DNA of 64,000 bases. It comes from Eledone cirrhosa. Its lineage: Eukaryota. Position 1 is the stretch's first letter; the number at the start of each line of letters is the position of its first letter. The notes beneath the pieces were generated by a model that saw only the letters and a list, made by a program, of their open reading frames with translations, made no database searches and had not been told where the DNA came from. The translations under genes were made by a program, and so were the position numbers. Positions 41,939 to 56,339 of this stretch are shown here, in pieces. The stretch spans positions 231,074,001-231,138,000 of the forward strand of contig OZ024741.1 in NCBI GenBank assembly GCA_964016885.1, given 5' to 3'.

Positions 41939-42259
41939 GTTAGTAACATTTAGTGTCTCTTTAGCATGACTGTACGTTGTAAGATCTATTCTTCATAGGT
42001 AGATATACTAAATCGAGAGAAAATAAAATGTACTAACATTTTTGGTATTAAACATTTAAGACAAAGTGATTATAAATATGATTTCCAGTATAGCACAAGG
42101 CCCGTAATTTTTTATTTTTTGTATTTTTTGGGGGGGAGTCGACTGAGATTCAGTATAATAATAACATTAATAAAGGTGCTGATGTTACATAAATAGTTTA
42201 TGGATTATAATTATTTCAATTTTATTCCCTCGTAATCAAGATGCAATTGATGCATTTAT

Positions 42260-44200
42260 TGTTATGAAAACGGTATCCTCAGGTGAAATTATATTTTGTG
42301 ACATGCGCCCCGGCAGTAAAATCACGTCCCTCTGTTCGTACACCCTGCAGACATATGAGTTCCTAAAAGGGTCTCTGAGCCGTTGTGTTTACTGGAGTAA
42401 TGTGCTATCCACGTGTCAATTAGCAAAATCAGGATTCACGTAACATCGACGGAATTAGGGTTGTAAATCAACAAAACGTTAACTCCCCAAGTGTGTTGAT
42501 CTATACCAAACGATACTGTATGCGTAGCTAGAATCCAGCAGATTGTGGAAGCAATAAACGGAACTCTGTGGGTGGGTGAGGTATATTTTTTTTTGACTGC
42601 CACATTATTGAGATAATCGAGAGGGGAGCAGAGGTTATCAACAAAAGGAGTAACCTGTTCAGCAGCTGTCACCACAGATCAACTGGAAGATTCGTCAGAC
42701 ACTGCGGATTAACAGCAGGGTTGACCATAGCTTGACAATGGAGGCTGGACGTGGCCACACAACTACTCCAGCATCAGGTGAATCCTGGATAGTTTATGTG
42801 CACCCGTCCCGAATCAATCTACCCCCATTCTGTTATGCAGGATTGGGATATTATGATTGAGACATGAGGGTCCGTGTTTTACATCCGTTTGTTCCTCGTT
42901 CCTTGTTCTCCGTATGTATAAATACTTTTGTATTTACGTTTAATCTTTCTTCCGTTTGGCCCCATGTTCTACAGATGTGCACCTGTATTTATAACTATGT
43001 TTTTTTTTCTATATTCGCTTCCTACAGCTCACTTCCACAGTCTAGTAGTCCTTTTTCGCCGGACGTAGTTGTTACCGTTGTTATTATTAATACCAACGTA
43101 GGGCGGTGGATTGGCAGTATCAGTAGAGGGCCGGACTTGACGCATGGAGTTATGGTCCTTTATGATCTGAGTTCAGATCCCGCCGAGGTTAACTTTGCCT
43201 TTTATCCTTACGGAGTCGATAAAATAAAGTACCAGTTACGCACTGCGATCGATTTAATCGACTTTTCCCCTTCTCCCAAAATTGCTGGCCTTGGGCCTAT
43301 ATAACAAACAATTATTAATACCAACGTATGTGCGGTGGATTGGCAGTATCGATACAGCGTCGGACGCCATGCTTTGCAGCATAGAGTTATGGCCCTTTAT
43401 GACCTATGTTCAAATCCCACCAAGTTTAATTTTGCCTTTCATTCTTATGGAATCGATAAAATATAGCAGATGTAACCTATTGGCATAGATTTAATCTACT
43501 TCCCCCTCACCCAAAATTGTTGGCCGTGTGCCTATATTAGAAACAATTATTAATACCAACGAAGGAAAAACTGACTACTATTGCGGTTTATTGTTATTTT
43601 CTACAGAGATTATTGCTGGCCTTGTGCAAAAGGGTGGAAACAATGATTATTATGAGTATTATGTTAGTACTATTATTAATGTAAGTATTTATGGACAGCG
43701 ACCGGAACCACTAGGCCTTTTTTTGTTGCTGTCGTCGCCGTGACGGGTTTATTACTGGTGTTGTTGTTGATAGTGTGGGCGATGAGGCAGTGTTGCTGTT
43801 GATGCCGTTGTTGTTGTCGCTGCTGTTATCTTGAAGATGGCTGTCATCAAGTGTGTATATCGCCCTACATCAAAGTTCATTGCCGTTGATGTTGTTGCTG
43901 TTATCGTTGTTGTCAGCTGTGCATAACTTCTAAAGATTAGCAACTTTTAGACACGATGGATATTTAAAACAACTGCTAATATTTTAAATAATCCCTATTG
44001 TAGAGCCGACCATGTTACTACTCACACTTTTGCTATTATTACTCCAAGAACCACCTGCCCAGGAACATACTTAAACCAGCCACCCTACTAGGGAGATCTT
44101 TTCTTCAGTCAAAAACGCCGAACCTTAAAACTAACCTCGATACAGTCTACGCATAACCTCTAGCTAGATTACTTTAAACGATATCTGGCTATCTTACACA
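42260..44200 (+). repeat. Duplicated block A copy
   Basis: Colinear with 1-1850 including the tandem SINEs. Confidence 0.9.
43095..43555 (+). mobile_element. Tandem tRNA-derived SINEs
   Basis: Same SINE motifs as 850-1275. Confidence 0.7.
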
Positions 44201-44684
44201 CACATACATATATATGTATGTATGTATATATATATATATAAATATATATGATTTCACCAAGCTTAAGTTTATAGATATCATGTACTTGTCTCTTCCTATC
44301 TTTCCGTTGCAATACCATCTTTGTTTGTTTACATGTCTCGCTCGCTTCCCGCTATTTTACTTTATTTAGTTATTGCTCGCACCAACCAGAGGTATATAAT
44401 TTTTAAAGCGATGAAATACCAATGAAGGTTGGAAGATCACTTATGAAGGACTAATTTTATTTATATGTAACCCATGTGCAACCACGCAGCACTTCATTTT
44501 TCTTATATATATATATATATAAGCAAATTATAAATGTAGACATGTAAGTATGTTTTTGAAATGGTGCGCGAGGTTGAAAATTAGAAATTAGAAATTATAA
44601 GCTTTCACCGTATTTTAGACTAAAGACATTTCTAGCCTGATAGTGGGGTTTATAACCCTCAGAGAAATGGAAAAAGATGAGTGT

Positions 44685-44755
44685 TGCCGTACATGGGAGT
44701 CGAACCCACATCTTTGGTTATCCAGACCAATGTGCTACCATTACACCAATACACA
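44685..44755 (-). pseudogene. tRNA-like sequence (anticodon position GGA, short variable loop, imperfect acceptor stem)
   Basis: TGGTGTAATGGTAGCAC D-arm, TTGGT-CTGGATA-ACCAA anticodon arm, GTGGG-TTCGACT-CCCAT T-arm; sits between ~100-bp direct repeats at 44521 and 44812. Confidence 0.65.
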
Positions 44756-45089
44756 TCCCGTCTCCTTCCATTCGAATTAGAAGCTATGAACTTAGTAAGT
44801 GAATGATAAACAAGCAAATTATAAATGTAAACATGTAAGTATGTTTTTGAAACGGTGCGCGAGTTTGAAAATTAGAAATTAGAAATTATAAGCTTTCACC
44901 GTATTTTAGACGAAAGAACTTTAGTCTAAATTTAGACTTTATATATATGTTATTGGGTTATGCAAGAAATGCTTAGGATTATGCTGAATGCAGTAATGGT
45001 TAATTACTACACTAGATAGAGTCGACGTACGGTGAGGGGTTAGTCAACGAGTTACAAAAGAACCGATTCTTCTATATTCGGGAGTGTAG

Positions 45090-45515
<426 letters not shown>

Positions 45516-45681
45516 CGAAGGAGGTGTGGTGAGGAAGCAGGTGGACCATAACGCACCAGAGTACTCAATACTTAGGGTAGTAGAGTAGGTAATAGGAATA
45601 TGTTTGTCCACGACGGCAGAGCTCAAGTCCAGAAATAGCCGTCGAAACGACTTGAGCTCTGACGTCACGGTCAAACATTTT

Positions 45682-45738
<57 letters not shown>

Positions 45739-45984
45739 ATATTTATATAGTGAAAGAGAGAAGAATATCATGGTCGGCTGTACAAATAGTCTTTTATTGT
45801 TTTACCAATGCCTCTAGTAGCTTATATTCTTCTCACGCTGTCGGTTCGAAATTCCTGTAATAAAAAACACACTCTCCTGTGTCTTCCCCCTCAATATATT
45901 GTATTTTAAAGTGCCCAGGAAAACTATTTCCTTTGAGCTCATTTAATTACAGGATTATACGCGAGTCCTTTGCTCCGTTATTTT

Positions 45985-46025
<41 letters not shown>

Positions 46026-47267
46026 AAGAGTGAATAATAACATGGTGAGTCTAAATGCCGCTAATCACTCGATGATTTGATCAGAGACACACTGTATTTA
46101 AGATCGAGTGACGCAACTTCGAGTGATCACCTGATCAATGAAACAATTGTTAATACAGTAAATAAAACCCGTTTTGTACAGCCGACCGTGTCATTCTTCA
46201 CTCTTTCACTATTATTACTCCAAGAATAACCTGCATGAGAATTCTCACGAACTCACTACCTAATTATGGAAACTTCTTGTTGAGTCAAAAAACCCCGTAC
46301 GTTAAAACTGTCCATAGTACAGGGTACTCACAACCTCTAACTGGATTACCTAAAACGATAACTTGTTATCCCATATATATTTATTTATATATCAGAGTTA
46401 TGTAGCATGCTTGAAGCATTGTTTAATAGGAGGCACACATTTAAATTTTGAAGATCCAAAACAATGCGTTATGAATATTGTCAAATTTCCAAGGTAACAA
46501 GAGTATCATACGTTAGGAAAGATAACGATGCCAAATATTTCCGAGTTTGAAAACCGATTATCGAGGGAGTAAACTTATTTGAAACATCAAAGCCGATCGG
46601 ATAGTATTGTTTGTTTAAATCTTATCCATACAAATATTTTGTATGTTACTTGATTGTCAGTGTGGAATTGTATCACAGAAACAAAAAACTGATGGGAGTA
46701 ATTCAGCTAAAGCACTCCAAGTACGCAGTTCTCATCCAATTGGGAACTGAAATCACAGACATCTGTATTCGTCGGAGTATTGCTTTTCCATATTTTAGTT
46801 TATTATGTAAATGTTTAGTTTATTATGTAAAGTAGATTTCAAATGCGTTGGACAAAGATTACGAATTTGGGACAACCATTTTATATTCCATATTTGACAT
46901 TTCATATACATTATTATTAAATTCCGTTTCACGAAGATGCCTTCGACTTCTGGAAACATACTCTCTTGCCTCTGATATATATATAACAGGCGTTATTTAA
47001 CAAATTAATGATTAGAAATGTATACTCTTCTTATAGTATTCAATAAAAATCTTGTTTATATTCTCTGATAATAAACATGTGCCATCGAACTATCTGTACA
47101 TCGAACAATGTTCCATGTGAAACGATTTTAAGTCAATTGACTAATAAACTGACGCAGAATGTCTCTTTATTTACTGCCTCAATATTATGTATATATATAT
47201 ATATATATATTGTGTATATATATGTATATATATGTATATATATGTGTATATATATATGTATATGTAT

Positions 47268-47337
<70 letters not shown>

Positions 47338-47900
47338 AGATAGATAAGTGAAAAGAAGCTATGAATAGGTAGATAACCGTACACTAGTATAACCAAGGTA
47401 ATAAGCTGTAATGGAATTAAGTGTGATAATGTGGGACTCAAAAATTGGGAAAATGAGGCAAATAAAAGTACATGAATGGGTGAATGTTATCTAAAAATGT
47501 TTTCGTCCCAAACAATTTCGGATTTACCATCTATTATCAATGAGTGTCCGTAAGTGCGCGTTTTCGAAAAAAATCACATATTGTCTCTCTGGTCGCTTTC
47601 TATTTATTTGTATATATCTTCTTTAATGCTTTAATTTTTTCAATATTTTTATGAGATTCTTTACTTCTATTCAATGAATGGTAATTCCGAAACATTTCGG
47701 GACTAATAAATTACAAAAGCAATAAAGAGTCACACTAGTCCTTTTATAATGCTCCCTCTCCTATTTCTTTCCTATTTCATATCTCCCAATTAACTTCGGA
47801 CTTGTTGCTTCGGTAGAACTGACACCCATTAATTGCACGACTTCCTCAACGTACCCACTTTTCACTTTCATATTTTAAAGCTTGATGCAATGTCCGAAAC

Positions 47901-47950
<50 letters not shown>

Positions 47951-47989
47951 ATTAGTAAATGGAAACTATATTTACAAAACCATATTTAT

Positions 47990-48052
47990 TTCATTATACA
48001 TTTTTCAGGGATACCAAATTAAATTATGGTATGCCTTCATCAGACAAAAAAT
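47990..48052 (-). ncRNA. Hammerhead ribozyme-like motif
   Basis: Reverse strand: CTGATGA-aggcatacca...tggtatccct-GAAA-aatgt-ATA. Confidence 0.55.
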
Positions 48053-48312
48053 ACAATATATAACAGTTTTACAAATACGCTTTGACGTACCCTTTTAAAA
48101 TGCAACCATTATTTTTGGAAGCCATCCGGATAGTGAGTTGTTTATATTATTTTAAAAAGTCATAGTGTTAAGGACAAATAGAAAAAGACGGAGAGATAAA
48201 TATAGTTTCCATTTATTAATATCGTATATCTACTCCAAATACTTGTCGCGTGCTTTATATCAGTTATAAAAATATTTACTTGTTGTATCCCATCAATTTT
48301 AAATAGAACTTT

Positions 48313-48365
<53 letters not shown>

Positions 48366-48771
48366 TTGTATATATATCTAAACTTTGTATATACATATAT
48401 ATCATATATATACATATTTGTATATATATATCTATATATCTAAACTTTGTATATACATATATATTTATCATATATATATGTATATACGTGAAATAGTCTT
48501 TAAGACTATACAGAGCATTTCAAGTTTTTCCAAATTGAAGGATGAGTATTTTAAACTTTATTTTATCATGAGTTAAGGCTATTTATTTTTCCCTGGATTT
48601 CACTAAATTCTGTGGATGAATCTATATCCTGATTCTCTTTGAGATGAGTTTGATTTATTTTTCCCATATCTTACGTTAACTAATCTTCCGATTTGGACGC
48701 TATAGTCACTTATATATTATGGAATATTGTTGGCTTTTTGCTACAATGTTTTCTATACCTTTCATTTATAT

Positions 48772-48885
<114 letters not shown>

Positions 48886-48949
48886 GGAATAATTTGTAAA
48901 AGTATGTTTACACACTTTTACAAATTATTCCCTGATTGTTTCATCTGTT

Positions 48950-49016
<67 letters not shown>

Positions 49017-49142
49017 AATTAATTTCTAGTTGATATAATACGCTCGGATCTATCCATTTAGAATCTGGGAGCATATTCTACAGTGGATATGGCGCATGTC
49101 TCTCTGACATGACACTCTTAAATTAATTTATTTTAATTTTGA

Positions 49143-49180
<38 letters not shown>

Positions 49181-49366
49181 ATATGAAATATAAGAATCAA
49201 AGAACTGTTCAAAACATTATTGTGCTTACAGCTGTTTCCTCCAAACCGAGGTTTGGATTCTTCGGAGCAATTTATTAATGCATGGACAGTTATATGACCT
49301 CCGTTATATTACTTACAACTGCTTAAGGTCTTGTGTTTACATAACCATAAATAGTATAACTAATAC

Positions 49367-49397
<31 letters not shown>

Positions 49398-49456
49398 AGA
49401 TGTGTATATATATATGTATGTATATATGTGTATATATATATATATATATATGTGTA

Positions 49457-49564
<108 letters not shown>

Positions 49565-49808
49565 AAGAATGATTAATAAGACAGGTAGTCATCATAAAAA
49601 CGGAAATTTATTCCGAAATTTTACAAGTGTTTCATTAGTAATTACAAAGCCTAGTCATGCTATATACAAATTGGTAGTTATTTATTTTAAGATACTCAAT
49701 TTTCAAATACTGTTCGTACCACCAATTTTTCAGAACGAATGGCTGTATTATGAGTTGTTTTGTATATCTTAAAGGGAGCAATTGGGGAAGAATTCATATA
49801 TATGTATA

Positions 49809-49849
<41 letters not shown>

Positions 49850-49851
49850 TC

Positions 49852-49888
<37 letters not shown>

Positions 49889-49896
49889 TATATTTA

Positions 49897-49935
<39 letters not shown>

Positions 49936-50071
49936 TTTATTCATATATATATATATATATATATATGTATATGTATATATATTTATTCATATATATATAT
50001 ATATTTATTCCTATATATATATATATATATTCATATATATATATATATATATTCATATATATATATATATA

Positions 50072-50120
<49 letters not shown>

Positions 50121-50159
50121 TCATATATATATATATATATATATATATACTTATTCATA

Positions 50160-50335
50160 TGGAACCAAGTAAGACCCCGACGGCTGAGCTCAGAATTAGT
50201 CCAGAATTAGCCGTCGAAACGGCTTCAGTTCAACCGTCGGGGACTTACTTGTTCCTATTACCCACTCTACTACGCTAAGTATTGAGTACTTTGGTGCGTT
50301 ATGGTCCATTTGGTTCCTTACCACTTTTCCTTCGT
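50160..50335. repeat. Short dispersed element with internal inverted repeat (copies 55640-55815, 5855-5985, 45520-45685)
   Basis: ccccgacggctgagct...agttcaaccgtcgggg plus gagtactttggtgcgttatggtcc; always embedded in (TA)n. Confidence 0.6.
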
Positions 50336-50460
50336 TATTTATTCATATATATATATATATATTTTTTTTTTTTAATATATATATATATATATATATTTAT
50401 TCATATATATATATATATATATATATTTATTCATATATATATATATATATATATACAATA

Positions 50461-51545
50461 TTAAATAAATGGAAACTATATTTATAAAACCATATTTATT
50501 TCATTATATATATTTCGGGGATATCATATTAACAATATGCTATGCCTTCCTCAGACAAAATACAATATAAACAGTTTTATAGATAAATAGATTCGACATA
50601 CCGTAACAACACCGACTTGCATTTGGGGAGGTTGAGCTGGCAGTGAAAAAATTTTACACAGAGAGAAAGAAAGAGAGAAAAAAGAAAGAAAGACAGAAAA
50701 CGAAGAAAAGGAAGAAAAAGAAGAAATGCATGGAACAAAGTAGAGAGATGGAGAGATAGATAAGGTGAAGAACTTCATGTAAAGAAACAGAAAGATATAT
50801 ATATATATAGAGAGAGAGAGAGGAAATAGAGATAGATACATATATATATAGAAAATTAGGTAGTGGAGGTCAGTTGAGGAAATGTATCAATGGTACATTT
50901 ATTTATTTATTTATTTATTTATTTAGCTCTATTATTAATGTAAGGGAGATATATAGAGAGAGAAAGAATATAGAGAGAGAAAAAATAGCGAGAGAAAAAA
51001 TTTTAAATTTTTTCTCTCGCTATTTTTTCTCTCTCTATATTCTTTCTCTCTCTATATATCTCCCTTACATTAATACTAGAGCTAAATAAATAAATAAATA
51101 AATAAATGTACCATTGATACATTTACTCAACTGACCTCCCACTACCTAATTTTCTATATATATATATGTATCTATCTCTATTTCCTCTCTCTCTCTCTAT
51201 ATATATATATCTCTTTCTGTTTCTTTACATGAAGTTCTTCTCCTTATCTATCTCTCCATCTCTCTACTTTGTTCCATGCATTTCTTCTTTTTCTTCCTTT
51301 TCTTCGTTTTCTGTCTTTCTTTCTTTTTTCTCTCTTTCTTTCTCTCTGTGTAAAATTTTTTCACTGCCAGCTCAACCTCCCCAAATGCAAGTCGGTGTTG
51401 TTACGGTATGTCGAATCTATTTATCTATAAAACTGTTTATATTGTATTTTGTCTGAGGAAGGCATAGCATATTGTTAATATGATATCCCCGAAATATATA
51501 TAATGAAATAAATATGGTTTTATAAATATAGTTTCCATTTATTTA
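50461..51545. repeat. Near-perfect, almost spacerless palindrome (~540-bp arms) of Penelope-type UTR with terminal hammerhead motifs
   Basis: Centre at ~51005 (agagaaaaaattttaaattttttctct); mirror ORFs 50551-50841(-) and 51166-51456(+) are nearly identical. Confidence 0.9.
51445..51510 (+). ncRNA. Hammerhead ribozyme-like motif (mirror copy ~50497-50562 on -)
   Basis: tattttgt-CTGAGGA-aggcatagcata...tatgatatcccc-GAAAT-atat-ATA-atgaaata. Confidence 0.55.
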
Positions 51546-51762
51546 TTATTGTAAATATACTCCAAATATTTGTCGAGTGCTTTTATATCAGTTATAAATA
51601 TTTACTAGTTGTAACCCAACAATTTTAAATATAACTTTCCATATATATATATATATATATTATTCATATATATATATATGTATATATATATATATTTATT
51701 CATATATATATATATATATATATATTTATTCATATATATATGTATATATATATATATATTTA

Positions 51763-51794
<32 letters not shown>

Positions 51795-51799
<5 letters not shown>

Positions 51800-52229
51800 A
51801 TTATGTAATAAACAACATAAGGCAATTATTCCATTTACCAGTGGTTTCTTAAAAGCAAAAGGTTTTGCTTTCAATCCTCAGAATGAAAAATCCTGGTTTG
51901 TTTATTGAATATGGATTCTAAAAACGAAAATGCAATCTATATGAAAGTGAGGCTGGAAAAGGGAGAAGGAAAGGAAAAATAAAATAAAATAAAACTACAC
52001 ATGCAAACACACACAAAAAAACCCAAAAGCATACTTACACACACACACATATATACACATATAATTTGCACGCATACACATATACACATACACATACATA
52101 TACATATATATATATATACATACACATACATACACATATATATATATATATAAAAAGAGCGTACACCTACACACACATACACATATATATACACACATAT
52201 ACACATACATATATTCATACATACGCACG

Positions 52230-52263
<34 letters not shown>

Positions 52264-52289
52264 TACATATATATACACATGTACATATC

Positions 52290-52339
<50 letters not shown>

Positions 52340-52362
52340 CATATAGACACATATACACATAT

Positions 52363-52400
<38 letters not shown>

Positions 52401-52797
52401 GTGTGTACAAGCCTACACATACACACACACATATATATACACACACATATACATACATTCACACAAACATACAACGTACATACATACACATACATGAATG
52501 CACTCCACTACATATTAACACACGCAAATAAATATAAGAAAAAAAAAATATAAATAATATTAACAAATATTTGACAGCGATACATGCCCCAGCTAACAGG
52601 ACAGACACGCGTGGTAAGTAATACACACATAAGCGCATATACATACGTTCGAAATAGTAAACACATACACACACTCTCACACATAAATATACATATACAA
52701 ATACATAAACACGTACATACACATACATACGCAAACACGTACACGTATACAATATAAACACACACATGTATATGTAATTATATACACACACACACAC

Positions 52798-52836
<39 letters not shown>

Positions 52837-53422
52837 CAAAAATATAAAAATATAAACGCACACACACATATAAATACGTAAACACACATATACATACATA
52901 GCTAAACAATTATACACATGCAAATACGTATATATCAAAACAACGCACAACCAAATACAAACACACACACATATATACACACACACACACCCACACACAA
53001 ACCCACACATACATAAAAATAAATAAAAACACACGCAACATATACATACATACACGTACATATACATATATACATATATACACATACATATATATATATA
53101 CACACATATATATACACAAATATATACACATATATATATATATACACACGCACACGTACACATACACACATGCATACACATACACACACACATATACATG
53201 TGTGTATGTGTAAAGCTCAGTATTAGATAAGACAAATGAACCTTACATAAACGTATATATAGTAGTAAAGTAATAAAGCCATACAAGGCAATTAATCCAT
53301 TCACCAGAGGTTTCTTAAAAGCAAAAAAAGTTTCCTTCAATCTTCAGAATGAAATATACAAATATATACACACATACAGACACGCACACACACATATATA
53401 TATATACATATATATATATATA

Positions 53423-53460
<38 letters not shown>

Positions 53461-54695
53461 CATATATACACATATACACACACATACATATACACACATA
53501 CATACACATATATATATACATACACAAACATATACGTACACATATACATATATACACACAAAAATACATACACATACACATAGGTATGTGAAGGGCAAAA
53601 CAAAAAGAATATATGGGGTGGGGGGCCTAGAGGAGGTAAAAATATAAAGGGAGGTAAGGGAGAAAAAAATATATTTTTTAAATACAAGAGTACAGAAGGT
53701 AGAAGCAGCAAAATAAAAGCCGTAGCAAAAGTAAAGAGCAGAGAAGGAGTTCAAGGCGGTTGATTTATCGTAGGAGTGTCAATCCAGTTACAGATCAGAT
53801 GCGATTTCAGATGAGGACAGCATCTGAAGATCTCAGTCTTAGAGTTAAGGCAAGCGGAAGTGTCTCTCAAGTTTAGCAAAATCCTATACTTTTCTGTGGT
53901 ACACAAAGAACAATTCTTTGTGCCCCTTTGGTACTCCCTCGAATGGTCTAATATAGACCAATCAATAGAGTACGGGATATTACTATCCTTGAGATCCCAT
54001 ACCTTACTTGCGAGGGCCGTTGATGTTCGTTTATCTGAGTGTTTAAAAGAAGCGACATGTGAGTAAAATCTGGTTTTAAACCTGTCCTGGGTCATACCGA
54101 CATATCGCTCGCTTCTGGCTGGCTGGTTGTTGATAACTGGCGTTATGACCCAGGACAGGTTTAAAACCAGATTTTACTCACATGTCGCTTCTTTTAAACA
54201 CTCAGATAAACGAACATCAACGGCCCTCGCAAGTAAGGTATGGGATCTCAAGGATAGTAATATCCCGTACTCTATTGATTGGTCTATATTAGACCATTCG
54301 AGGGAGTACCAAAGGGGCACAAAGAATTGTTCTTTGTGTACCACAGAAAAGTATAGGATTTTGCTAAACTTGAGAGACACTTCCGCTTGCCTTAACTCTA
54401 AGACTGAGATCTTCAGATGCTGTCCTCATCTGAAATCGAATCTGATCTGTAACTGGATTGACACTCCTACGATAAATCAACCGCCTTGAACTCCTTCTCT
54501 GCTCTTTACTTTTGCTACGGCTTTTATTTTGCTGCTTCTACCTTCTGTACTCTTGTATTTAAAAAATATTGCGTGTGTTAATATGTAGTGGAGTGCATTC
54601 ATGTATGTGTATGTATGTACGTTGTATGTTTGTGTGAATGTATGTATATGTGTGTGTATATATATGTGTGTGTGTATGTGTAGGCTTGTACACAC

Positions 54696-54731
<36 letters not shown>

Positions 54732-54754
54732 ATATGTGTATATGTGTGTATATG

Positions 54755-54800
<46 letters not shown>

Positions 54801-54826
54801 GATATGTACATGTGTATATATATGTA

Positions 54827-54860
<34 letters not shown>

Positions 54861-54965
54861 CGTGTGTATGTATGAATATATGTATGTGTATATGTGTGTA
54901 TATATATGTGTATGTGTGTGTAGGTGTACGCTCTTTTTATATATATATATATGTGTATGTATGTG

Positions 54966-55014
<49 letters not shown>

Positions 55015-55320
55015 GTATGTGTATGTGTATATGTGTATGCGTGCAAATTATATGTGTATATATGTGTGTGTGTGTAAGTATGCTTTTGGGTTTTTTTGTG
55101 TGTGTTTGCATGTGTAGTTTTATTTTATTTTATTTTTCCTTTCCTTCTCCCTTTTCCAGCCTCACTTTCATATAGATTGCATTTTCGTTTTTAGAATCCA
55201 TATTCAATAAACAAACCAGGATTTTTCATTCTGAGGATTGAAAGCAAAACCTTTTGCTTTTAAGAAACCACTGGTAAATGGAATAATTGCCTTATGTTGT
55301 TTATTACATAATAATAATAA
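51795..55320. mobile_element. Inverted pair of Penelope 3' fragments (GIY-YIG + microsatellite-rich UTR)
   Basis: Mirror ORFs 53751-54095(-) and 54127-54489(+): MTQDRFKTRFYSH...CSLCTTEK...CPH; termini 51795 and 55320 are inverted. Confidence 0.9.
55227..55280 (+). ncRNA. Hammerhead ribozyme (canonical core); mirror copy 51832-51885(-), variant 53298-53351(-)
   Basis: catt-CTGAGGA-ttgaaagcaaaa cc ttttgcttttaa-GAAAC-cactg-GTA-aatg; all three stems pair. Confidence 0.8.
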
Positions 55321-55386
55321 TTAAGCTCTGTTGCTTACATAGAGCACTCTTATTTCCTGGACTTTTCCGATGGAATTACTTCATTT

Positions 55387-55465
<79 letters not shown>

Positions 55466-55505
55466 TATATATATATATATATATTTATTCATATATATAT
55501 ATATA

Positions 55506-55560
<55 letters not shown>

Positions 55561-55589
55561 TTATTTATATATATATATATGTATATATA

Positions 55590-55634
<45 letters not shown>

Positions 55635-55825
55635 TCATATGGAACCAAGTAAGACCCCGACGGCTGAGCTCATAATTAGTCCAGAATTAGCCGTCGAAAC
55701 GGCTTCAGTTCAACCGTCGGGGTCTTACTTGTTCCTATTACCCACTCTACTACGCTAAGTATTGAGTACTTTGGTGCGTTATGGTCCACTTGGTTCCTTA
55801 CCACTTTTCCCTCGTTATTTATTCA

Positions 55826-55856
<31 letters not shown>

Positions 55857-56042
55857 TATATATATATATATATATGTATATATTTATTCATATATATATA
55901 TATATATTTATTCATATATATATATATATATATATATATTTATTCATATATATATATGTATATATATATATATTTATTCATATATATATATATATATATA
56001 TATTTATTCATATATATATGTATATATATATATATATATTTA

Positions 56043-56131
<89 letters not shown>

Positions 56132-56190
56132 TCATATATATATATATATATTTATTTATATATATATATTTATTCATATATATATATATA

Positions 56191-56235
<45 letters not shown>

Positions 56236-56266
56236 TTATATATATATATATGTATATATATATTTA

Positions 56267-56315
<49 letters not shown>

Positions 56316-56339
56316 TCATATATATATATATATATATAT

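Larger units (their letters stand above)
38915..41975 (+). repeat. 258-bp tandem repeat, about 12 copies (135-nt exon + 123-nt intron)
   Basis: Exon starts at 38966+258n for n=0..11, each checked in the sequence. Confidence 0.97.

Noticed and set aside
38915-41975. CRISPR-like array or non-coding satellite
   Set aside because: There are no unique spacers and no cas genes, the context is eukaryotic, and each unit contains a splice-bounded EGF-coding exon.
44685-44755. Functional tRNA-Ser(GGA)
   Set aside because: It lacks the long variable arm, has a mismatched acceptor stem and sits in a repeat unit, so it is kept only as tRNA-like.
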